A DNA stretch of 43,901 nt from Thermoanaerobaculia bacterium (GTDB lineage: Bacteria; Acidobacteriota; Thermoanaerobaculia; UBA5066; Gp7-AA6). The notes under the pieces were generated by a model. It was given only the letters and a program-made list of their open reading frames with translations. It was not told the DNA's origin and ran no database searches. The stretch covers positions 1-43,901 of the forward strand of contig JBBQNC010000003.1 of assembly GCA_038329555.1 (NCBI GenBank). The letters run 5' to 3'. The translations under genes were made by a program, and so were the position numbers. Within the stretch, counting starts at the first letter, position 1. Each line of letters begins with the position of its first letter. Below are positions 37,031 through 43,901 of the stretch, in pieces.

Positions 37031-38581
37031 TCAGCGCGCGAGAGCCAGATCCCGCCGGTCGGGAGCGAGAAGAACGAGGCGCGCGCGCCCCTCCGCCTCC
37101 GGGAAGTCGCGGCTCTGAAACTGGTTCGTCCACTCTCGCAGGGCGGGACGCTCCGGAGCGCCGCCCAGGACGACCCACGCCGGTAAGCCGGGCTTCCAGG
37201 ACCACGTCAGGCGGACGACCTCTCCGTCGAGGTTGGACACCTGCCTTGCCACCGGGAGAGGCGGTTTCGCGGTCTGACGCTCGAGCCAGTCGGGACCGTC
37301 GAGGTAGTACGCCAGACAGAGCTGTGTCCACTGGTTCTCCGTGAAGACTTCTTCCGCTTTGGGCGTTCGCGCCAGGAACGCCGCCAGCGGCCTCCAGTCG
37401 CGCCGTCCCTCCGTGTAGTAACGGCGGAGACCACCCGCCATGCCGAAGAGAAGGACGATCCCCACGGCGGCCGCGAGAGCGCGCGTGAGGGCTCTTCGCC
37501 GCCACCCCGCGACGAGGGCGATCGTCACGAGAATGGTGAGGGCCGGCGCCGCGCAGAGGAGCCTGCGCGGTGCGTACCAGTGGGGATGAATCCGCCCTAG
37601 AACCTCGATGCAGAGAAAGCTCCCGAGAAACCAAGCGGGAACGAATCGGAGCCCGGGTCGCCGGAACGCCAGTACCCCTCCCACGACGGCCACCAGGCCG
37701 TACAGGATTCCCGTGAACCGGAGAGGATCGCCTTCAAAACCGCCGACGGAGAAGAACGAGAGCTCCCCTTTGAGACGCGCCAGAGAAAGAGGCTCGGGAC
37801 CAACGGGCGAAGCGCGATGCGCGACATCGCGGATCACCGGCCACCAGGGGAGATAGGCCACCCAGAGAAGCAGGACGAAGACGGGGAGAAACATCAGACA
37901 GCGGCGCGCCAGGAGACGGCGGCCGGGATTCTTTTCCGCCAGGGCGTCTTCGAGAAGCAGGGCGATAGCCGCGACACCCAGGACGACGGCGCCGAGGTAG
38001 AGCGTGTAGGCGGTAGCCAGGGAAGCGACGAACAGCAGGAGAAGGCGCGCTTCGTTCGGTTTCCGAAGAAAGACCTCCAACGCCAGGAGGCCGACGATCG
38101 CCAGGCAGAGACCCAGAACGTGAGGCCGATACTCCTGCGAGTATCGAACATGAAACGGGGCGACCGCCAGCAGCGCGGCCGTGGCGCTCGCGATCGCCTG
38201 TCCGGCTCGGAGAAGCAGAAGCCGATAGCACGCCGCGATGCTCACGACTCCGAACACGACATCCGGGATCTTCCGCCACGCCTCCGCCGGATGGAGGCGG
38301 TCGACACTGCGCGCAATCAGATAGTCGAGAGGTGGATGGACACCGTCGAATTTGAGGGCGCTCCAGAAGAATTCAGAGGAGCCTCGGATCCAGTAGGCCT
38401 CCAGGATCTCGTCGAGCCACAGCGAGAAGAAGGAGAGTCGATAGAAGCGAAGGCCGAGTGCGAGCCCTATCAGGACCCACGCCGCCGCAAGCTGACGTCT
38501 CCTGTCCCGGTTGACGAAACCGGCGTCGATTGCAGAACGGGATTCGGAAATCGCCGCGGATCCGGCATGAAGAGGCTTCAA
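37031..38581 (-). CDS. GT-C fold (GT39/PMT-like) membrane glycosyltransferase
   Basis: LRFYRL..SLWLDE, HPPLDYL, PFHVRYSQEYRPH, multiple TM segments, DWRPLAAFL. Start codon uncertain. Confidence 0.8.
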   Translation of the reverse strand: MKPLHAGSAAISESRSAIDAGFVNRDRRRQLAAAWVLIGLALGLRFYRLSFFSLWLDEILEAYWIRGSSEFFWSALKFDGVHPPLDYLIARSVDRLHPAEAWRKIPDVVFGVVSIAACYRLLLLRAGQAIASATAALLAVAPFHVRYSQEYRPHVLGLCLAIVGLLALEVFLRKPNEARLLLLFVASLATAYTLYLGAVVLGVAAIALLLEDALAEKNPGRRLLARRCLMFLPVFVLLLWVAYLPWWPVIRDVAHRASPVGPEPLSLARLKGELSFFSVGGFEGDPLRFTGILYGLVAVVGGVLAFRRPGLRFVPAWFLGSFLCIEVLGRIHPHWYAPRRLLCAAPALTILVTIALVAGWRRRALTRALAAAVGIVLLFGMAGGLRRYYTEGRRDWRPLAAFLARTPKAEEVFTENQWTQLCLAYYLDGPDWLERQTAKPPLPVARQVSNLDGEVVRLTWSWKPGLPAWVVLGGAPERPALREWTNQFQSRDFPEAEGRARLVLLAPDRRDLALAR

Positions 38582-38686
38582 ACGGTGAGCAGAGCGTCAA
38601 ATGTTCCGAGCTCTCGACCGCTTCACGGATGTTCATACGGAGTCGAGAAGCCGCGCGTCCGATCGGACACTTTCACCGGGCGCGAT

Positions 38687-38702
38687 CGGCACGCTCGTCG
38701 CA
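38687..38702 (+). promoter_or_regulatory. Sigma54-like promoter
   Basis: CGGCACGCTCGTCGCA (GG-N10-GC), followed by GGAGG RBS and ATG 38727. Confidence 0.45.
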
Positions 38703-38726
38703 GGGACCTTCACCCGGAGGCCGCGC

Positions 38727-38876
38727 ATGATCCGAAAGCTTCCCGCGGGCGGGTATCGTCTCTACTCCCGGAAGAAAAACCCCAAAACCGGAAAACGGCG
38801 CAATCTCGGTACGTTCAAGACCCGGGCGGCCGCCGAAAAGCACGAGCGGGCCGTGCAGTTTTTCAAACGTTCCTGA
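38727..38876 (+). CDS. 49-aa basic protein, AP2/integrase-arm-like
   Basis: MIRKLPAGGYRLYSRKKNPKTGKRRNLGTFKTRAAAEKHERAVQFFKRS with GGAGG RBS. Confidence 0.78.
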   Translation: MIRKLPAGGYRLYSRKKNPKTGKRRNLGTFKTRAAAEKHERAVQFFKRS

Positions 38877-38897
38877 GGAGATCGTCCAGCGGCGCGC

Positions 38898-40286
38898 TCA
38901 GTTGACGAAAGCCGCCGTGTCGGCGCCGCCGCAGAGATGCGTCGGATCGCTCCGGTCGTTCTGGTATGTGCGTGTGACCCCTTTGACCAGATCCTCGATC
39001 GTCAGCGTGTACTGGAGATCGGTCAACCCCGTGTGGAAAACCCAGAAGGATCCGCCGTATGGCGGCGGAGCGGCGGTCGCATCAGCCATCTTGAGGATCA
39101 CCTCGGGAAAAGACGCGTCGCCGGTAAAGTCCGGCAGGCTGAACATGCCGTAGCGATCAGTCTGAGAAATCGCGTGACCGGTCGCCGTCGTTCCCGTACG
39201 GGGGTCCGTCGCGTTGACGGTCGCGCGGAATCGGCCGCCTAAGAGACAGAGTTGCGCGGGGCCGGCCGTGCAAGGTCCGGCGGCGTCGTAGTAGAGCCAG
39301 ACACCGGCTCCTAAGATCAAGGAGTTGGATGTGCCGGCGTAGAGACGCGCGCCATCCGCCGAGAAGACGAGACTCGTCACATAGATGATGGGCAAGCTGT
39401 TGTCGGTGCGGCTCCAGGTAATACCGCCGTCGGCGCTGCGATAAATCCTTCCCACCCCGCCGCTTGTCGAGCCTCCACCGGCAAAGACGATTTGCGGGTG
39501 AAGTGGATCGACCGCTAGACAGAGAAATGAGATTAGACCCGGGAGCTGAAAAACTTGAGTCCACGTGGCGCCATTGTTGACGCTCTTGTACAGCGAATCG
39601 ACCGAAGCCGCATACGCGACGCCAGGCGCCGTTGGATCCAAGGCGAACGGGTCCGGAGAAGCCGTGGAGAATCCAGATACCGGCACCGTCGCCCATGTCG
39701 TCCCGCCATCGACGCTCCGGTAAATAACGCCGGCTCCGCTCGCAAGTACGGTGGTCCCGCTCGTGTCGGTAATAAGGCCGTAGATCGAACCCTCCGGTGC
39801 TCCAGAAGGACCGACCGGCTGCCACGAGCCCCCGGCGGTCGAGGCCCTAAAGATTCCGACGGGTGTGGAAGCGTATATGACGCCCCCCATAACACTTGCT
39901 GCAAGCGAGCGAATTTCGAGGGAATTGAGGCCGTCGTTGTGCGTGTTCCAGGTCTCGCCCCTGTCGGTGGATCGCGCCACGCCCGAGTTCGATGATCCGA
40001 CCTCGAGCCTTCGGGGCCCGGTCACGACGAGGGCACTCGAGGAGCCTGGCAGGCCGGTCTCCTGTGTTGTCCAGGTCAGCCCTGCATCCGTACTTCGGAA
40101 CAATCCCGCGCCGGAGCCACCGCGTAGTGCGTACACGAGGGACGAGTCATTCGGGTCGGTTTCAACGCGACGAATATCCCCACCTGGGGGACCGAGAGGT
40201 CTCCACCCACCTCCTTGAGCCTCATAAGGAAGCAGTGCTAGGACCGCGATTATTGACGACTTTTGAAAGATCTTCGAGAATGGCAT
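38898..40286 (-). CDS. Secreted BNR/Asp-box beta-propeller protein with a distinct Cys-bracketed C-terminal domain
   Basis: Signal peptide, WRPLGPPGG, repeated S.D.G.TW Asp-boxes, C-terminal CTAGPAQLCLLGGRF...FWVFHTGLTDLQYTLTIED...LCGGADTAAFVN. Confidence 0.82.
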   Translation of the reverse strand: MPFSKIFQKSSIIAVLALLPYEAQGGGWRPLGPPGGDIRRVETDPNDSSLVYALRGGSGAGLFRSTDAGLTWTTQETGLPGSSSALVVTGPRRLEVGSSNSGVARSTDRGETWNTHNDGLNSLEIRSLAASVMGGVIYASTPVGIFRASTAGGSWQPVGPSGAPEGSIYGLITDTSGTTVLASGAGVIYRSVDGGTTWATVPVSGFSTASPDPFALDPTAPGVAYAASVDSLYKSVNNGATWTQVFQLPGLISFLCLAVDPLHPQIVFAGGGSTSGGVGRIYRSADGGITWSRTDNSLPIIYVTSLVFSADGARLYAGTSNSLILGAGVWLYYDAAGPCTAGPAQLCLLGGRFRATVNATDPRTGTTATGHAISQTDRYGMFSLPDFTGDASFPEVILKMADATAAPPPYGGSFWVFHTGLTDLQYTLTIEDLVKGVTRTYQNDRSDPTHLCGGADTAAFVN

Positions 40287-40299
40287 CACGAGAGTAACC

Positions 40300-42816
40300 T
40301 CAGTTAAGATTGTCAACAAACAGGGCAAAGTCCTGTCGGAACGGAGTGCCGAGATTATCGGGGTTGAGCCCGTCTGCCACCAGGTTATCGGCATTGACGA
40401 ATACCCGCAAAGTGGCGCCCGTGGAGTAATAAGACGCCGGGATGATTATCTCCTCGACGTTGTTCACGTGATCACGAACGCTCGCATTGGGTGCCGAGAG
40501 GCCAGTGCTGGCGTTGATATTGTTCCCGTACCAACAAGGGAAACACGCCGTCTGATAAGCGCCCACCGTCAAATCGTTCTTGACCTTGTACGTGGTCGTG
40601 CTGACCGCGCTCGGGGCGTCAGTGTATACCAGCGTAATGCGGATTGGCTTAGAACCATCTCTTACCGTGAGCACGGTCTCCCAATAGGTGGAGACCCCGG
40701 CCTGGAGAGTGGTGCTTTGATCCTTAGTGTAATAGTTAAGGGAGGCGCCTAGGAGCCGGTCGAAATTCAAACTGCCCCAGCCCTGTCGATTGTCGGCTGT
40801 GATGTGAGTCACGCTTCCGGCGGTCACAAAATCCTCGGCACGCACTAAGCCGCCGGATATGTCGCGGGCTCCGTTGATCAGAATAGCCTTGGTCATAGCA
40901 GGACTGGGATCGATGCCGCGGATGTTCCTATACCACTTTCTAACGACGGCGGCCGCCCCGGCGATAGCAGGTGCCGAAAGGCTGGTCCCGGCAGAGAAAC
41001 CGTAGGAAAACTGCAACCCCGATCCTACAAAGAACTGGTCGATGTTTTTGTTACAGAACACGGTTAAAAATCCTTGGCAGCCCGCGTTACGACTAAGCGG
41101 GCCCGTCACACGAGAGCCCGGCGCGACGAGGTCTGGCTTTAGGGCAAAATCGGAGGCGCTTCGCCGCGTCGGCGAATATGTCGGGATGTTTCGGGCGTCC
41201 TCAGGCGTGAAATTGCCCTCAGGTGGCCCCCAGGGAGAATATCCAGCCCATTTACAGGTCTCGGTCAGTGGCGGGCTCATTTTAGGCCAGCTCCCTGCGG
41301 TGCCGGTAATATTGGTGTAGGTTTCAGTTGCTCCCACGGCGATCACGTTCTTGGCGGTGGCCGGCGCGCGAACCTCAGCTGGCTGGCCGGTGACAGCGTT
41401 GCCGGCCGCGACAGTGAAGAGCCAACCCTTCAGCCGTGTGTATTTATCCATCAAGAGGGAATCAGAATCGTACCCGGTCTGACCATTGTTCGCGAAGCTG
41501 TAGTTAATCACGTGTGGCTGTCGAGACTGAAAATTCGGATCCATGAGCATCTGCGCTAGGGTTATCGTAAGTGAACACAGGCCATAGTTGTTTGCGATGA
41601 TTAAGTGACACTTTGGTGCGAGTCCGAGTCCGTACCTATACTGTCCGTTATCAGCGCGAAAGCCTGCCGATCGAGACCCGAAGTCCGCGTAACCGGCGAT
41701 GACGGACGCGTTGGGGGTGCCGTGCGTGAAGAGGTCCTGACAGACAGCGGCCGTGCCGGATAGACACTCAAGCTGACCGGAGGTCGTAAAATCGGGATGC
41801 ACGTTCCCACCGGACATCACTCCATTGTCGAATCCGGTGTCAATGATTGCGATCTTCGTGTTGCTAAAGTCCGTAATTCCCTTGTTCTGTAGAAGCTGAT
41901 AGTAGTTGGGTGAGGTAGGGGCTACTTCTTGCCGACCGGAGGTGAAGGTCGGTTGAAGAGCGAGAACTCCTTGCCGTTCGCTCGCCGGCTCGGCGACGCC
42001 AATCGGCGAAACGCTGTAGACGAGATCGAAGTGCGTCAAGGTTTCTATGTCCACGTCCGTGAGTTGAGCCCGGTAGGACCGGCGGTCCCCGTCTCGCTCT
42101 TCCGTCGCTTCGGGATCGATGCTCATCAAGAAGCTGAGGATCGACTCGTCGGGGCGTTCGGCGGTCTGGATGAACACGTTCCATGGGCCATTCGGGCGTT
42201 CGATTCCCTGGAAAAGTGTGCGCTTCAATGAGGGTGTGACGGGAATGAGAGCTGCCACATACGATGTCTTCGCTTGGAGCTCCTCGACCCGCTGACGTGG
42301 GAACCTGACCAGGAACGAGGCGGGAGGAAGCGCTTCGACGAGCCGCACCCCGCGCAGATCGAGGTCCTTGATCCAGCTCTGGAGTGGGTAGGAACGAAGA
42401 GCCACCAGGTACAGGGCATCTGTTGCTGGCGAGTCGATTTGAGTACCTGGGGAAGAAGGCATGGGTTTCCAATCATCGAGGTGGATCGTGGCGTCGTTGA
42501 AGTGTATCTCCTCCAGATCTGTCGCGATTCGCGCCGAACTGCCAGCCGCCTGCAATTCTTCGACTAGCTTTGAAGCGGTCGCGGTCGGTCCCTCATAGAC
42601 GGCTCGACTCTCGTAGTCTGCGATGAGGGAAAATCCCAGTTCGCCGACCTCCTGAGAGGACACAGGCGCGAACGGTGGCAGAGTGCTCTCCACAGCTCGT
42701 CCGGGTGCGGGATTCTTGTAGACCACTACCAAGGTCGTCGAAGGCGCCCCGTGGAGGATCGTCGCAACAACCCACGCTGCCGTCCCCAAGGCCGCTTCTC
42801 GAAGGTGACGAGACAT
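40300..42816 (-). CDS. S8 subtilisin-like serine peptidase with long prodomain
   Basis: Catalytic IIDTG, HGT, GTSLSAP; oxyanion AAGN; PATAKNVIAVGA, KPDLVAPG, QGWG, C-terminal NNVE beta-domain; AGAGGAGG RBS. Confidence 0.92.
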   Translation of the reverse strand: MSRHLREAALGTAAWVVATILHGAPSTTLVVVYKNPAPGRAVESTLPPFAPVSSQEVGELGFSLIADYESRAVYEGPTATASKLVEELQAAGSSARIATDLEEIHFNDATIHLDDWKPMPSSPGTQIDSPATDALYLVALRSYPLQSWIKDLDLRGVRLVEALPPASFLVRFPRQRVEELQAKTSYVAALIPVTPSLKRTLFQGIERPNGPWNVFIQTAERPDESILSFLMSIDPEATEERDGDRRSYRAQLTDVDIETLTHFDLVYSVSPIGVAEPASERQGVLALQPTFTSGRQEVAPTSPNYYQLLQNKGITDFSNTKIAIIDTGFDNGVMSGGNVHPDFTTSGQLECLSGTAAVCQDLFTHGTPNASVIAGYADFGSRSAGFRADNGQYRYGLGLAPKCHLIIANNYGLCSLTITLAQMLMDPNFQSRQPHVINYSFANNGQTGYDSDSLLMDKYTRLKGWLFTVAAGNAVTGQPAEVRAPATAKNVIAVGATETYTNITGTAGSWPKMSPPLTETCKWAGYSPWGPPEGNFTPEDARNIPTYSPTRRSASDFALKPDLVAPGSRVTGPLSRNAGCQGFLTVFCNKNIDQFFVGSGLQFSYGFSAGTSLSAPAIAGAAAVVRKWYRNIRGIDPSPAMTKAILINGARDISGGLVRAEDFVTAGSVTHITADNRQGWGSLNFDRLLGASLNYYTKDQSTTLQAGVSTYWETVLTVRDGSKPIRITLVYTDAPSAVSTTTYKVKNDLTVGAYQTACFPCWYGNNINASTGLSAPNASVRDHVNNVEEIIIPASYYSTGATLRVFVNADNLVADGLNPDNLGTPFRQDFALFVDNLN

Positions 42817-43073
42817 AATGTCCTCCTCTTCATACTCGCAGGTGGGCTAGGAGAGCCCGCTCCCGGGCTGCAAATAAGTTCGTTTTTCAATACCTGCTGC
42901 GCCCGGATGAGTCTCTACAGGATGAGCAGTGGCCTACCTATTCATCGCTTGACGAATGCTGAAAAAATAGAAAAAAATTGTAGGCAAGAAGACAGCTCGA
43001 GGAATTCCTTCATGGCGTTCGGGCCTCGACGGCGAATTTCACTGAACCAGTCCTTTCGCGGGAGGAGATCGCC

Positions 43074-43532
43074 TTGATATCCTGTCAAATCGCCGGGGCG
43101 TGTACCCGAGCAGGGTTGCCGCGGTCGGATGCAGAAGACCTTATTCAAGATGTCTGGGCATGGCTCATCGCTGGACAGAAGACCCCTATGGCGAAGGAAC
43201 CGCGATGGCTCGGTGCCGTTTCGACGAACTTCATTCATCGCTACTGGCGACGGAACTCCAAACGCCTGACTCGCGAAAGTGAATACCTTTTCGCTACGTT
43301 GGCGGTTCCATCCGTGGAGATGGATGAGATCGAATCTCACGAATTGCTTGATCACATCGCCCAGCTAATGCCGGAAACCGAGCGACGAATTCTCGGCCTC
43401 ATCCGCGGCGGCCACACTCTGGCTGAGGCGACGACGATTTTGGGGGTACCGCGAGGCAGCCGTGCCTATTTCGGCGGAAGACTCGTCCGCCTCGCGCGCC
43501 TTGAACTGAGACGCAGAAGGCACCACAGCTAA
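43074..43532 (+). CDS. Divergent ECF/sigma70-like factor
   Basis: Region 2-like DAEDLIQDVWAWL...WLGAVSTN and region 4-like HTH MPETERRIL..GHTLAEATTILGVPRGS. GGAGGAG RBS before the TTG start. Confidence 0.7.
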   Translation: MISCQIAGACTRAGLPRSDAEDLIQDVWAWLIAGQKTPMAKEPRWLGAVSTNFIHRYWRRNSKRLTRESEYLFATLAVPSVEMDEIESHELLDHIAQLMPETERRILGLIRGGHTLAEATTILGVPRGSRAYFGGRLVRLARLELRRRRHHS

Positions 43533-43542
43533 CGTGACATAG

Positions 43543-43740
43543 CTCGTCGCCGAGAACGAGCTTCCCGGGGCCTTCCGGCCGGACGGGCCCGGCGTCCTCT
43601 CTCTCGATCTCGACGCGCCGCAGCGCTCCTTCTTCCACGACGGGATCGTCTTCGCGGCGATCGACGCGGTGAACGATCCTGTTCGGAGCCCCACCCTGAC
43701 GCGGATGGATTTCATTCCGCCGGAGGACGGCCGCTTCTAG
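43543..43740 (+). pseudogene. Headless 3' fragment of a host-type gene
   Basis: 65 high-GC3 codons (LVAENELPGAFRPDGPGVLSLDLDAPQRSFFHDGIVFAAIDAVNDPVRSPTLTRMDFIPPEDGRF*) directly preceded by an in-frame TAG at the GC shift. Confidence 0.55.
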
Positions 43741-43758
43741 CGGCCTGCGCGCTCTCCG

Positions 43759-43901
43759 CTATTTCTTGCGGGCGAGCAGCATCCCGTCGCGGACCGTGAG
43801 CAGCACCTTCTCGACACGCGGGTCTTTCGCCACGAGAGCGTCGAACGCCACGATCGCGTGGTCGCTCGGCTCCTTCGGGTCGAGCACCTTGCCGCTCCAG
43901 T
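43759..43901 (-). CDS. O-methyltransferase (Methyltransf_3/CCoAOMT-like), C-terminus only
   Basis: WSGKVLDP....AIVAFDALVAKDPRVEKVLLTVRDGMLLARKK*; start lies outside the window. Confidence 0.8.
   Translation of the reverse strand, partial: WSGKVLDPKEPSDHAIVAFDALVAKDPRVEKVLLTVRDGMLLARKK

Noticed and set aside
43365-43715. Minus-strand 116-aa and 79-aa ORFs
   Set aside because: Codon pattern favours the plus-strand headless fragment at 43543-43740, and they overlap the sigma gene.
43533-43760. attR copy of tRNA-Arg(UCU) closing the right-hand island
   Set aside because: No direct repeat of the tRNA 3' end was found in the window.

Overview
High-GC bacterial chromosome segment. Gene style (Oar-like TonB receptors, an 'LGPYEILSPLG.GGMGEVY' kinase start, a 'CLLGGRF...FWVF.TGLTD' C-terminal domain) suggests Acidobacteriota, probably Thermoanaerobaculia; this is inference only. 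The core (about 9.1-36.9 kb) holds tRNA-His/tRNA-Arg(CCG), an AlkP-TPR lipoprotein, an Oar-like receptor, lysA, a YtrA-type GntR/ABC operon, MFS plus TetR-TolC-MFP-RND efflux genes, a frameshifted ppa, a GAF-PAS-PAS protein, an internally deleted kinase-TPR gene, ptrB, an M16 peptidase, an N-extended PilT and tRNA-Arg(UCU). Both flanks are accessory DNA beside the Arg tRNAs. Left flank: a 2.8-kb integrase-less islet bounded by a duplicated tRNA-Arg(CCG) 3' end, then a TonB receptor / HEAT-purple acid phosphatase / YncE operon cut by an IS1182-like element. Right flank: a GT-C glycosyltransferase, a 49-aa basic protein with a sigma54-like promoter, and a lower-GC cassette (ECF-like sigma, S8 subtilase, beta-propeller with a putative C-terminal sorting domain) ending at a decapitated host gene. 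The best candidates for undescribed systems are the right-hand cassette and the HEAT-PAP phosphate-scavenging operon. Several small ORFs, scars, heptamer repeats and leaderless, sigma54 and ECF promoters not in the ORF track are also reported. All calls come from reading by eye; no searches were run.
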